From an uncultured Chloroflexia bacterium (lineage in GTDB: Bacteria; Chloroflexota; Dehalococcoidia; DSTF01; WHTK01): DNA of 64,000 nucleotides. A program made the translations under genes and the position numbers. The notes beneath the pieces are model-generated. The model was not told the origin of the DNA. It did not search any database and saw only the letters and a program-made list of their open reading frames with translations. Below, piece after piece: positions 52,014 to 62,001 of this stretch. The stretch spans positions 17,732 to 81,731 of the forward strand of contig CAVSWS010000040.1 in the NCBI GenBank assembly GCA_963731765.1, given 5' to 3'. The number at the start of each line of letters is the position of its first letter. Position 1 is the first letter of the stretch.

Positions 52014-52067
52014 CGCGTGCGGTATTGCACTGCACTGGGTTCCAGACTCGCGTAGACTAGAGCGAAG

Positions 52068-53234
52068 TTGAACAAAACATTTCGTGTCGCTCGCCTGCTG
52101 GGCATCCCGGTCGAAGTCAACGTCTCGTGGATCTTCACCATTGCGTTCGTAACCGGGTTCCTGGCCCTGAGCGTCTATCCCCAGATCATTCCGGTCGACT
52201 CGCCTAACCACGACAAGGAGTGGCTGCACTGGGTGATGGCGCTTTCGAGCGGGCTGATCTTCTTCGGGTCGATCCTGGTCCACGAGCTGGCGCACAGCGT
52301 GGTGGCGCAGCGGTACGGCATCCCGGTAAAGAGCATCACGCTGTTCATCTTCGGCGGCGTGTCGCAGATCGGCGGCGAGGCGAAGCGGCCGCGGCACGAG
52401 TTCTTCATGGCGATCGTGGGGCCGCTAACGAGCCTGATCCTGGCGGGGATTTTCTTCGGCCTCTGGTACGCCATCGGCGACAACGAGGACGGGCCGGTGA
52501 ACATCGTCCTGGAGTGGCTGTTCCTGATGAACCTGATCATCGCGGCGTTCAACATGGCGCCGGGCTTCCCGATGGACGGCGGTCGCGTACTGCGGTCGTT
52601 GATCTGGGGCGTGAGCGGGAACATCTACCGCGCGACGCGGCTGGCGACGCTGGTGGGCCGCACGATGGGCTACAGCCTGATCATCATCGGCGCGCTCTCG
52701 TTCGTCGGGCTGTTCCAGGACTACATCAGCCCGTGGAGCGGCCTGTGGTTCTCATTGCTGGGTCTGTTCCTGGAGTCTTCGGCGCGACAGGCGTGGTTCC
52801 AGGCGAAGGCGCTGGAGGTGCTATCCAGCGTGACGGCAGAAGAGATCATGAATAGCGACCTGCCGACGACGGACTCCCAGGTTGCGCTGACGTACCTGGC
52901 GAACCGCAACGACGAGCACTACATCTACTTCGTCGAGAACGACGAGGAGCGCGTGGTGGGTGTGCTGACGGAGAAGGAAGTCGCCTCGGTCGCGGTGGAC
53001 GAGCGGCGGGCAGCGACGGCCGGTCAGGTGATGAGCCGCACCGAAGATGTCGAGGTCGCGGCACCGAAAGAAGACGGCGCCACCTTGCTGCAGCGCATGG
53101 AATCAAGCGATACGTGGATGATGCCGGTGGTTTCGGAAGGCAACGTGGTGGGCGTGGTGAGCAAGCTTGCGCTGCTGCGGGTCCTGGCACGCAACTTCAT
53201 GCCGCGAGAGCCTGCAACGGCGGGCCAGCAGTAG
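52068..53234 (+). CDS. Site-2 protease (M50) with CBS domains
   Basis: HELAH, FNMAPGFPMDGGR, C-terminal CBS pair. Confidence 0.92.
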   Translation: MNKTFRVARLLGIPVEVNVSWIFTIAFVTGFLALSVYPQIIPVDSPNHDKEWLHWVMALSSGLIFFGSILVHELAHSVVAQRYGIPVKSITLFIFGGVSQIGGEAKRPRHEFFMAIVGPLTSLILAGIFFGLWYAIGDNEDGPVNIVLEWLFLMNLIIAAFNMAPGFPMDGGRVLRSLIWGVSGNIYRATRLATLVGRTMGYSLIIIGALSFVGLFQDYISPWSGLWFSLLGLFLESSARQAWFQAKALEVLSSVTAEEIMNSDLPTTDSQVALTYLANRNDEHYIYFVENDEERVVGVLTEKEVASVAVDERRAATAGQVMSRTEDVEVAAPKEDGATLLQRMESSDTWMMPVVSEGNVVGVVSKLALLRVLARNFMPREPATAGQQ

Positions 53235-53237
53235 TCC

Positions 53238-54632
53238 GTGCCAGCAGCGCGCACCCTCGCATCGGTCTGGGCGGCCAAGGGGACCGCATTCGCGAGCCGG
53301 GCTCTCGGGCGTGGCGGCGGCACGGCGGCCAGCGGGCTGGTGGGAGCCTGGCTACAGCCGCGGCTGATCGGTGAACTGGCGTCGCAGCTCGGGCACGGCA
53401 GCGTCATCGTCACGGGTACCAACGGCAAGACGACCACGTCCCTACTGCTGAGCGATACGGCGCGCGCTGCGGGGCTGAAGCCGCTCGCGAACGCGTCCGG
53501 CTCCAACCTCGTGCGGGGATTGGCGTCGACACTGGCGCTGGCTACCGGACCGGACGGACAGCTGAGCGAGGCAGCGGAGCGACTGGGCGTTTTCGAGGTG
53601 GACGAGGCGACGGTGCCACTGGTGCTGCGCGACATTCATCCACGCGCCATCGTGTTCACCAACCTGTTTCGGGACCAGCTTGACCGCTACGGCGAAGTCG
53701 CGGCAGTCGCGGCGCTGTGGCGCGAGATGCTGAAGAGCGCGCCGGCGGAGCTGCACCTGGTACTGAACGCCGACGATCCGTCGGTGGCATCGCTGGGCGA
53801 GGGGCGCGAGCACGTGACGTTTTTCGGGGTGGAGGACCGCAAGCTCGACAGGGGCGCGCCGGACCACGCGTCGGACGCGCTGAGCTGCCTGTGCGGCGAG
53901 CGGCTGGAATACAGCGTGGCGTTCTTTGGCCACGTGGGCCACTGGCGCTGCCCAAGCTGCCAGCGCACTCGACCGAAGCCGGAGGTGGCGGCACGCCTCA
54001 TCAACCTGAAGGACGGCCGGAACGCGCGGTTCCAGCTCGCCGTGGGCGACGAGCACAAGGGCATGGTCGACCTCGGGATCGGGGGGCTCTACAACGTGTA
54101 CAACGCGCTGGCATCGGCTGCAGGGGCACGTGCGCTCGGCCTGCCCGCCTCGGCCAGCATTGAGGCAATCGAGGGCGTGGCGGCGGCGTTCGGGCGCCAG
54201 GAGGCGTTCGAGGTTGACGGACGGCGAGTCGAGGTGTTCCTGGGCAAGAACCCGGCCGGGCTGAACCAGGTGCTTTCGACGCTGCTGCTGGACGCATCGA
54301 GGCGGACGGCGCTGTTCGTGCTGAACGACGGCATCGCGGACGGCCGAGACATTTCGTGGGTGTGGGACGCAGACTTCGAGATGGCAGCGGACAAGCTGGC
54401 GCATGTCGTCACGAGCGGCACCCGGGCGGCAGAGATGGCGCTGCGATTGAAGTACGCGGAGTGGGACGAGAAGACGCTGGAGGTCGACCCGCAGATCGCG
54501 CGTGCCCTGGAGCGCGCCATCGCGCTGACGGCGCCGGGCGATTGCCTGACGGTGGTGCCGACCTACACGGCGATGCTGACGGTGCGAGAGCTGCTGGCGA
54601 AGCGGTCCGGCAAGGAGCCGTTTTGGAAATAA
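53238..54632 (+). CDS. murT: Lipid II amidotransferase subunit MurT
   Basis: TGTNGKTTT, EVDE, NLFRDQLDRYGE, four-Cys finger, KNPAG, DGRDISWVWD, PTYTAML. Confidence 0.9.
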   Translation: MPAARTLASVWAAKGTAFASRALGRGGGTAASGLVGAWLQPRLIGELASQLGHGSVIVTGTNGKTTTSLLLSDTARAAGLKPLANASGSNLVRGLASTLALATGPDGQLSEAAERLGVFEVDEATVPLVLRDIHPRAIVFTNLFRDQLDRYGEVAAVAALWREMLKSAPAELHLVLNADDPSVASLGEGREHVTFFGVEDRKLDRGAPDHASDALSCLCGERLEYSVAFFGHVGHWRCPSCQRTRPKPEVAARLINLKDGRNARFQLAVGDEHKGMVDLGIGGLYNVYNALASAAGARALGLPASASIEAIEGVAAAFGRQEAFEVDGRRVEVFLGKNPAGLNQVLSTLLLDASRRTALFVLNDGIADGRDISWVWDADFEMAADKLAHVVTSGTRAAEMALRLKYAEWDEKTLEVDPQIARALERAIALTAPGDCLTVVPTYTAMLTVRELLAKRSGKEPFWK

Positions 54633-54679
54633 GCAGCACACCCGCAAGCCAGCCGACAAACAACGAGGCCGGTGGCCGG

Positions 54680-55396
54680 GTGCTGCGGCTGGGGCATCTG
54701 TATCCGTCGCTGATGAATATTTACGGCGACCGCGGGAACATCGTGTGTTTGACGCGGCGCTGCCGGCTACGAGGCATCGAGCTGGAGGTCGAGGCGCTAG
54801 AGGTGGGCGACCGGCTCCTGCCCGGCGGCTTCGACATGCTGTTCATGGGAGGCGCCCAGGACCGGGAGCAGACGCTGGTGGCGAAGGACCTGCTTGAAAC
54901 CAAGGGTGCGCTGAAAGAGATGGTGCAGGACGGCGTCGTCTTCCTCGGCGTTTGCGGCGGGTATCAGCTCTCGGGGCGGTTCTATCGCGGCCTGGACGGG
55001 GTGGAGATACCGGGCGCCGGCGTGTTCGACCTGTTCACGCTGCACCCGGGAGCGGGCGCGAAACGCCTGATCGGCAACCTGACGGCCGAGTGGGAACACG
55101 GGACGCTGGCCGGCTTCGAGAACCATGGCGGTCGCACGTATCTCGGGGCGGGGGCGGAGCCGCTCGCGAAGGTGACGCGGGGCTTCGGCAACGACGGTCG
55201 CAGCGGCTACGAGGGCGCCCGATTCAAGAACGCGTTCGGCTGCTACCTGCACGGGCCGCTGCTGCCGAAGAACCCGGCCTTCGCGGACCACCTGATCTCG
55301 CTGGCGCTGCAACGTCGCTACGGAGATGGGACGCTGACGCCTATCGACGACGGGCTGGAGCAAATGTCGCACGAGGAGGCGATGCGGGCACGGTGA
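54680..55396 (+). CDS. gatD: Glutamine amidotransferase subunit GatD
   Basis: LYPSLMNIYGDRGN, VCGGYQL, GFENHGG, YLHGPLLPKN. Confidence 0.9.
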   Translation: MLRLGHLYPSLMNIYGDRGNIVCLTRRCRLRGIELEVEALEVGDRLLPGGFDMLFMGGAQDREQTLVAKDLLETKGALKEMVQDGVVFLGVCGGYQLSGRFYRGLDGVEIPGAGVFDLFTLHPGAGAKRLIGNLTAEWEHGTLAGFENHGGRTYLGAGAEPLAKVTRGFGNDGRSGYEGARFKNAFGCYLHGPLLPKNPAFADHLISLALQRRYGDGTLTPIDDGLEQMSHEEAMRAR

Positions 55397-55427
55397 GTTG
55401 GCAATCGTCCGGCGTCAGTTGGGTTTG

Positions 55428-55656
55428 TCGGTGACCAGGGCTTCGTTGGATCGGTGGTTAGGCCTTAGTTAGTGGTTGTTGGTTGACGCTCCGCGGCCGG
55501 GTGCGTCCTCTCAGCCGAAGCACCTTGCACGGCGGCATCGCGGGTTGAGACCCGCGGCATAATGCGCCCCCTTCCGCAAACGCCGGAGCCGGGCACCAAC
55601 TACTGAGACCCGACAACCAGCGACTAACAACCAGGCACCGAAGGCCAACGACCAGC
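55428..55656. repeat. Inverted pair of heptamer arrays flanking a REP-like hairpin
   Basis: Left YYRGTYG units, right CRACYRR units, with CGCGGGTTGAGACCCGCG between them. Confidence 0.7.
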
Positions 55657-55736
55657 CCCCATTTGCCCGTTTCGGAAGCAGACTCGTATCCTGAGATCGT
55701 CCTACCGGACTCTGGAGGGTTGTTCTGCGCCTAACC

Positions 55737-56441
55737 TTGATGGTCGCAGGCCTTGTAGCGATGTTTGCCCTGACGGTGGCTTGTGGTGGCGGTGGTGGTG
55801 ACGAGGCCGGCTCTTCCGGTGGGAACAGCGCGATCGCCGTAGCTACGGTTACGCCTGCACCGCCGGCGACGGCAACCGCCACGCTGGAGCAGGCGCTAAC
55901 GGGCTTCATCTACCCCATCGACGGGGGCTGCTTGCCGCAGGGCGATCAGCTGATGCCGAATGCGCCGCGGGAGTATCGCCTGGGCGTGCACGAGGGCGTC
56001 GACATGTACGGCGTCGACAACTGCACGGACATCACGGTGGGTACGCCGGCACGCGCTGCCAAGGCTGGCACGATCATCCGCATCGACCACGACTACGTCG
56101 ACCCGACGGCTGCGGAGATGGACGGGCTGCTATCGGACCCCGACAACGAGAAGGCGCTGAACGCGTTCCGAGGGCGCCAGGTGTGGATCGACCACGGGAG
56201 CGGCGTCGTCACGCGCTACTGCCACCTGAGCGGCGTCGTAGAGACGTTGCAGGTGGGCGACCACGTGGACCAGGGCACGACGGTGGGCTTTGTGGGCGAG
56301 AGCGGGACGCCCGAATCGATAACGAACCCCGGGACGGAATACCACCTACACTGGGAGGTGCGGATCGGCGACGGCTTCCTCGGCAAGGGCGAGCCGCCGG
56401 AGCAAGTAAGGTCCGAGTACCTTGCGCTGTTCAATCCTTAG
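55737..56441 (+). CDS. M23 peptidase lipoprotein
   Basis: Lipobox TVAC, HEGVD, RYCHL, HLHWEV. Confidence 0.9.
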   Translation: MMVAGLVAMFALTVACGGGGGDEAGSSGGNSAIAVATVTPAPPATATATLEQALTGFIYPIDGGCLPQGDQLMPNAPREYRLGVHEGVDMYGVDNCTDITVGTPARAAKAGTIIRIDHDYVDPTAAEMDGLLSDPDNEKALNAFRGRQVWIDHGSGVVTRYCHLSGVVETLQVGDHVDQGTTVGFVGESGTPESITNPGTEYHLHWEVRIGDGFLGKGEPPEQVRSEYLALFNP

Positions 56442-56450
56442 GCCGTGAGC

Positions 56451-57104
56451 ATGGACGAGCACAACGAAATCGATTCCCGTCCCCAGAGCCGTCGCGAATG
56501 GCACGGCTACCTGCGCAGCCTGGTGCTGCCGCTCGGGCTAGTCGTGATCATCGTGGCGGGGCTGCTGTACGTGCAGTCGAGCCGGGGCGGGCATGCGCAG
56601 GAGGACGGCTTCGGCATCGTCGCGCTACCGGCAGAGCGCAACAGCACGGGCAAGAGCCCCAGCGCGACGGAGGGGCGAGCGGCGCCGGACTTCCTGCTGC
56701 GAACCCTGGGGGGCGATCCGCTTCGACTGAGCGACTTGCAGGGAAAGCCGGTGGTGGTCAACTTCTGGGCTTCCTGGTGCGCAACGTGCCGGCAGGAGAC
56801 GCCCGACCTGATCGCCATGTACAAGGAACACCAGACGAACGACCTGCAGCTGGTAGGCGTGGACCTGCGAGAGGCCGACAACGAGGTGCAGAGCTTCGTG
56901 GATGAGTTCGGTATTTCGTATCCCGTGGTGATGGACCGCGACGGCCAGGTCGGGAGCACGTGGCATATCGGTGGGCCGAACAACGGCGTGCCGGCGACCT
57001 ACTTCATCGATCGAGCCGGCGTTGTCCGGCTTGTCGTATTCGGCAGCCTGACGCAAACGAAGATGGACCAGGGCCTGTCCCTGATCCTGCCCGAGGGTAC
57101 GTAG
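56451..57104 (+). CDS. ResA/TlpA-type thiol-disulfide oxidoreductase
   Basis: TM anchor, APDF, NFWASWCATC, VPATYFID. Confidence 0.9.
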   Translation: MDEHNEIDSRPQSRREWHGYLRSLVLPLGLVVIIVAGLLYVQSSRGGHAQEDGFGIVALPAERNSTGKSPSATEGRAAPDFLLRTLGGDPLRLSDLQGKPVVVNFWASWCATCRQETPDLIAMYKEHQTNDLQLVGVDLREADNEVQSFVDEFGISYPVVMDRDGQVGSTWHIGGPNNGVPATYFIDRAGVVRLVVFGSLTQTKMDQGLSLILPEGT

Positions 57105-58754
57105 TTGGCCGTCCTGCAGGAGCAAAACCCGCGGCGGACGCTGCGGTGGTCTGATTTCGACCCGCTGCGCCTGACCTGGCGCATGTTGACCTCGGTGCGG
57201 TTCGCGCTGGGGCTCATCGGGTTCCTGGCGCTGATCGCGCTGCTGGGCGTGATCATTCCGCAGGTGCCGAACGAGATGCGCGGCAACGTTGCGGCGGAGA
57301 CGGCGTGGTATGGCCTGCAGCAGAACAGCCTCGGCATTCTGTACGGGCCGATGCGGGCGCTCGGTACATTCGAGATCTTCCGGACGCCGTACTTCATCGG
57401 CGGCCTGGCGATGCTGGTGATGAGCGTGTGCGTTTGCACGGCGAACCGGCTGCCGCCGATCTGGCGCAACGTGTTCGAACCGCAGACGCGGGTGCCGGAC
57501 GAGTACCTGCTGCGCGGCGGCAACGCCACCGTGACGCTCGAGTCGGTGCCCTCGACGGCGGCGCTGGAGACGGAGCTAAGGCGGCGCCACTATCACGTGA
57601 AGACGACGCAGGAAGGCGATGCGACCTACCTCTTCGCCGACCGCTTCCCGTGGGCGCAGTTCGCGACGTTCGTGAGCCACCTGGCGTTGATCCTGTTCCT
57701 GGCCGGCGGCTTCGTGACCGTTGTCACAGCGAAGGAGCAGCAGATCCTGATCGGCGAGGGGGAGACTCCCCTGCCGGTGTTCGGCCTCAACGACCCGGAC
57801 CACATGCAGATTTATGTCAAGGATGCCGTGGGCAAGTTCGACTCCACGGGCTTCCCGCTCGACTTCCACACGGACCTTGTTATCTACCGCGACGGCAAAG
57901 AGGTCGCCAGCGGCACCTCGACGGTAAACAATCCGCTGACCTACAACGGCTACAAGTTCCACCAGTCCGTGTTCTTCCCGGATGGTGCGGCGCTGCGGGT
58001 GAAGGACGTCGCGACGGGCAATGTGATCTACGACGAGGTGCTGGCCCTGGTGGACCAGGCTCCGACGCCTCGAGTCGTGGTGCGCGACGATGCGGGCAAC
58101 GTGCTGCTGGATGACACGGTCGTACCGACGGACTTCATCGCGCTCGGTAACGGGACGAATGACTCTGTCGCCGGGACGACGACGGCGGTGGATGGACACA
58201 CATTCTGGATGGGCGCAAGGAAGAGCGACGACGGTACCGGTTGGCAGCTGGTGGTGTACGAGGCGGGCAAGAACAACGGGTCCGTGCTCACGGAGGGCCA
58301 GGCGGAAGATTTCGACGGGCTGAGTGTTAGCTTCGTCGGCGTAACGACGATACCGTCCGTGGCGGTAAGTAGCGTGCCTGGTCTGGATGGCGACGGCGTC
58401 GCGGAGCTATCGAATGGGCCCGGTGGCAGCCCGCTTCTGACGGTGGGGACGGTCCAGGGGCAGGCGCTGGCGCTTTCTCCGAACGAGCCTGTGACGGTGG
58501 GCGGCCGCGAATACACCTTCCTGGGCAAGCGAGAGTTCGCCGGGATCACGGTGAGACGCGACCCAGGCTCGACGTTGATCTGGTTCGCGACGGGCACGTT
58601 TTTGCTCGGCCTGATCCTGACGTTCTACACGCCCAGAAGAAGGCTCTGGGGTAAGATAGCCGCGGGTCAGGCCTCCTTCCGGGGCCTCGGCGGCCAGCGG
58701 AAACGCGTGGAGAAGGAAATCCGGGAGGTTGCGGCAAAGGCGAGCCGTTCATAG
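57105..58754 (+). CDS. resB: Cytochrome c biogenesis protein ResB (system II)
   Basis: LTSVRFAL, IPQ, CTANR, SHLAL, VNNPL, RDPG. Confidence 0.88.
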   Translation: MAVLQEQNPRRTLRWSDFDPLRLTWRMLTSVRFALGLIGFLALIALLGVIIPQVPNEMRGNVAAETAWYGLQQNSLGILYGPMRALGTFEIFRTPYFIGGLAMLVMSVCVCTANRLPPIWRNVFEPQTRVPDEYLLRGGNATVTLESVPSTAALETELRRRHYHVKTTQEGDATYLFADRFPWAQFATFVSHLALILFLAGGFVTVVTAKEQQILIGEGETPLPVFGLNDPDHMQIYVKDAVGKFDSTGFPLDFHTDLVIYRDGKEVASGTSTVNNPLTYNGYKFHQSVFFPDGAALRVKDVATGNVIYDEVLALVDQAPTPRVVVRDDAGNVLLDDTVVPTDFIALGNGTNDSVAGTTTAVDGHTFWMGARKSDDGTGWQLVVYEAGKNNGSVLTEGQAEDFDGLSVSFVGVTTIPSVAVSSVPGLDGDGVAELSNGPGGSPLLTVGTVQGQALALSPNEPVTVGGREYTFLGKREFAGITVRRDPGSTLIWFATGTFLLGLILTFYTPRRRLWGKIAAGQASFRGLGGQRKRVEKEIREVAAKASRS

Positions 58755-59648
58755 ATGACTGAGCTTCTCAAAATATCCATCGGCATCGATCCAAACGTGT
58801 TCAGTGTCTTCGGTCTGCTGGTGACGTGGCACGGGGTTTTCACGGCCATCGGCATCATCGCTGGCGTCTGGCTGGCCGTGCGTATCGCCTCCTCCCCGCG
58901 TGTCGGCATCGATATCGACACGTCTTACACCATCGGCATGATCGTGGTTGCGTGCGGCCTGGTAGGGGCACGCGCCGCGTACGTGCTGGAGAACTACGGC
59001 GACAACCCAAACATCGATAGCTTCGTCGACATCTTCAAGGTGACCGAGGGCGGCATCACGATCTGGGGCGCCATGCTCGGCGGTGCGCTGGGCGGTTGGA
59101 TTTACGGCCTGCGGGCCAAGCTGCCGAGCGCGGCCGGCGCAGACGCCGCGGCGTTCGGCATGCTCCTCGGCATGGCGATCGGGCGCATCGGCGACATCAT
59201 CAACGGCGAGCACCTGGCAAAGGCGACTGACCTGCCCTGGGGCGTGTACTACAGCAATGTGAACAGCCCGGGCTTCGCTCACAGCTTTGCGGTAGGCCCC
59301 TGGCACCCGGCGGTGGCGTACGAGCTTATCGGCGACCTCGTGATCATCGGGTTGCTGGCGCTGCTGTGGAAACGTCAGCCCAAGAGCGGCGTGATCTTCT
59401 GCACGGCGTTCATCGTCTACGCGATCATGCGGTTCTTCGTCAGCTTCCTGCGCCTCGACAGTCACGAGCCGCTGCTGGGCCTGACGACGCCGCAGCTGAC
59501 ATCGCTGGCCGTGATCATCGTGGGCGTGCCTCTGATGGCGTTCTTCATACGGCGCAAGGAAACGGGTCCGTACGTACCGCGGGTGTCGGACTCACGACGG
59601 CGCCAGATCAGCCGGGCGGAGCGGCGGCGGAGGCTGCGCGGCACCTAG
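58755..59648 (+). CDS. lgt: Prolipoprotein diacylglyceryl transferase
   Basis: WHG, GARAAYV, GGITIWG, IGRIGDIINGE, HPAVAYE, RFFVSFLR. Confidence 0.93.
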   Translation: MTELLKISIGIDPNVFSVFGLLVTWHGVFTAIGIIAGVWLAVRIASSPRVGIDIDTSYTIGMIVVACGLVGARAAYVLENYGDNPNIDSFVDIFKVTEGGITIWGAMLGGALGGWIYGLRAKLPSAAGADAAAFGMLLGMAIGRIGDIINGEHLAKATDLPWGVYYSNVNSPGFAHSFAVGPWHPAVAYELIGDLVIIGLLALLWKRQPKSGVIFCTAFIVYAIMRFFVSFLRLDSHEPLLGLTTPQLTSLAVIIVGVPLMAFFIRRKETGPYVPRVSDSRRRQISRAERRRRLRGT

Positions 59649-59649
59649 T

Positions 59650-59895
59650 ATGACGACGCTGACTGGGCTGCGGTTGCTATCGCGTCCGGGTTGCCACCTC
59701 TGTGAGGAGATGGCGAAATCGCTCGATGAGCTGGGGCTGCCGTACGAGGCCGTGAACATCGAGGACAACGAGGCGCTGACCGCGGCGTATCGGGATGTGA
59801 TCCCGGTGCTGATGCAGGGCGAACAAGAAGTAGCGCGCGCACCACAATCGACGAGAACGCTGAAGCGCGCCTTAAGACGGTCTGGCGTACTCTAG
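59650..59895 (+). CDS. Glutaredoxin-like protein (DUF836)
   Basis: SRPGCHLCE, IPVL. Confidence 0.85.
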   Translation: MTTLTGLRLLSRPGCHLCEEMAKSLDELGLPYEAVNIEDNEALTAAYRDVIPVLMQGEQEVARAPQSTRTLKRALRRSGVL

Positions 59896-59899
59896 GGGT

Positions 59900-60394
59900 A
59901 TGAAGACGACGTACGAGGTCCGCGTCGAGAACATTCGCTTCGATGCAGCCCACTTCGCCACTTACGGCGGCCACTGCGAACCTCTGCACGGGCATAGCTA
60001 TGAGGTCGCAGCGGAAGTCGAAGGTGACCTGGGTGAAGATTCGCTCGTCGTCAACTTCATCGGCCTGAAAGCCATCCTCAGGGACCTGAGCAAGGAGCTG
60101 GACCACAAGTTCATGCTGCAACTGGAAAGCCGCATCCTGACCGTCGAATCGACGGATACGGCGTGGAAGGTGCGGACGCCGGGCGACATCGGGTACGTGT
60201 TCCCGAAGGCAGACGTGGCCGCGCTGCCCATCGACAATACGACAGCAGAACGCCTGGCAGAGTGGTTTGGCGGCAGACTCTGGCAGTGGATGAAGGGCCG
60301 AGGTGCATCTAATGTGGATGCGCTGACCGTAGAAGTTTGGGAGGGTCCCGGACAACGGGGTTCCCACCGAGTAGAACGCTTGCCGCAAGCATAG
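59900..60394 (+). CDS. queD: 6-carboxytetrahydropterin synthase / PTPS family
   Basis: FDAAH, CEPLHGHSY, LDH, TTAE, VWE. Confidence 0.82.
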   Translation: MKTTYEVRVENIRFDAAHFATYGGHCEPLHGHSYEVAAEVEGDLGEDSLVVNFIGLKAILRDLSKELDHKFMLQLESRILTVESTDTAWKVRTPGDIGYVFPKADVAALPIDNTTAERLAEWFGGRLWQWMKGRGASNVDALTVEVWEGPGQRGSHRVERLPQA

Positions 60395-60451
60395 TGGTCG
60401 TGAATAATGCTCAAGTCACGCCACAATCACGATTAATGCGAGAGTCCCCTC

Positions 60452-60922
60452 ATGTTTAGCCGTCAAGAACGGAATGTTAAGAGCAAGGAATCTCCCCTAG
60501 CCTTCAAATCCATCCTCGTGCCGGTCAACGGTAGCGAGGCCAGTACCATGGCCGTCGAGTTTGCCTGCGGCGTTGCGAAGCGCTCGCGGGGCAAAGTGCA
60601 CGTCGTCCACGTCATCGAGGTGAAGCGGGCCCTCCCGCTGGACGCCGACCTGACGGAGGAGGCGCAGCGTGGGGAGGACATCCTCACGGAAGCGGAAGCC
60701 GCGGCCCGGCGACAGGACTTTGACGTCGAAGGCGACCTGCTGCAGGCGCGCGACGCCGGTCACGCCATCGTGGATGAGGCAACGGAACGCCAGGCAGACG
60801 CCATCGTCATCGGCGTGCCGTTCAAGCGCCCGTTCGGGGAGTTCGAGTTGAGTCGCGTCGCAGCGCACGTCCTGCGCACTGCCCAGTGCGAGGTCGTTCT
60901 ACTGCGGATGCCGGCGGAGTAA
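60452..60922 (+). CDS. Universal stress protein
   Basis: ILVPVNGS, ADAIVIG, VLRTAQCEV. Confidence 0.88.
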   Translation: MFSRQERNVKSKESPLAFKSILVPVNGSEASTMAVEFACGVAKRSRGKVHVVHVIEVKRALPLDADLTEEAQRGEDILTEAEAAARRQDFDVEGDLLQARDAGHAIVDEATERQADAIVIGVPFKRPFGEFELSRVAAHVLRTAQCEVVLLRMPAE

Positions 60923-60925
60923 GCC

Positions 60926-61333
60926 GTGTTCACAATCATCATGGGCTGCGGCCGGCTAGGCGCGGAGCTCGCAATCATGCTGGAACGCGATGGTCACGAG
61001 GTAGCAATCCTCGACATCGACAAGATTGCCTTCGACCACCTTGACCCTTCGTTCAAGGGACGCAAGATCCTCGGCGACGGTACGGACCAGGACACGTTGC
61101 GACGGGCGGGCGCCGAGCGCGCCGATGCCTTCGTGGCGGCGACCCGTGGCGACAACCGCAACGCCCTGGCATCGCAGATCGCGCAGCACGTGTTCCAGAT
61201 CGGGCGCGTGAGCAGCGTGATCTTCGACCCGATGCGCGAGGAAGTGTACCGGGGCCTGGGATTGCGGACGATCAACCCGACGAAGCTCGAAGCAGAGCTG
61301 CTGCGCGAGCTGGTCGAGCAGGAGGACGAGTAG
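60926..61333 (+). CDS. TrkA-N (RCK) single-domain protein
   Basis: IMGCGRLG, GDGTD, TRGDNRN. Confidence 0.88.
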   Translation: MFTIIMGCGRLGAELAIMLERDGHEVAILDIDKIAFDHLDPSFKGRKILGDGTDQDTLRRAGAERADAFVAATRGDNRNALASQIAQHVFQIGRVSSVIFDPMREEVYRGLGLRTINPTKLEAELLRELVEQEDE

Positions 61334-62001
61334 TGTTCATCGTCGTTGGTGGTGGCGGCAAGGTCGGTTATCACCTGGCGCGCGCTCTCCTGGCAGACCA
61401 TGAGGTCCTCGTCATCGAGGAGAACCAACAGCGGGTCGAGTTCATCGCCGAGGAGCTCGGGTCAGACGTGATCATGCAAGGCGACGCCTGCGATGCGGCC
61501 ACGATGGAGCGCGCCGGCATGGCCCGGGCGGACCTCGTAGTAGCGGTGACAGGCGAAGACCAGGACAACCTGACGCTGTGCCAGATTGCCAAGGCGAAGT
61601 TCAGCGTGAACCGGGCCGTGGCACGCATCAACAACCCGCAGAACGAGAGCCTGTTCCGCCAGCTGGGCATCGACAGCACGGTGTCGGCGACGACGTTGAT
61701 CATGGGCCACATCGAGCAGGAGCTGCCGTGGCAGGGCCTGATCCCGCTGCTGACGCTGGGCGGCTTCAGCCTGGAGCTTGTCGAGGTGAAGGTGCCGCGG
61801 GAGGCATCGACGGTGGGCAAGCAGGTGAAGCAGCTGCTGCTACCGCAGGGCGCGCTGATCTGCCTGATTATCGATTCAGAGGGCACGTCTCGGCTTCCGA
61901 CGCCGGACACGCAGATCCACGCCGATGACATCCTGGTGGCGGTGACGAACATCGAAGCCGAGGAATCGCTCCGCACTGCCCTGACCGCACCCATCGGCTG
62001 A
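61333..62001 (+). CDS. trkA: TrkA-family potassium uptake regulatory subunit
   Basis: GGGKVG, GDAC, TGEDQDN, ARINNP, TrkA-C domain. Confidence 0.9.
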   Translation: MFIVVGGGGKVGYHLARALLADHEVLVIEENQQRVEFIAEELGSDVIMQGDACDAATMERAGMARADLVVAVTGEDQDNLTLCQIAKAKFSVNRAVARINNPQNESLFRQLGIDSTVSATTLIMGHIEQELPWQGLIPLLTLGGFSLELVEVKVPREASTVGKQVKQLLLPQGALICLIIDSEGTSRLPTPDTQIHADDILVAVTNIEAEESLRTALTAPIG

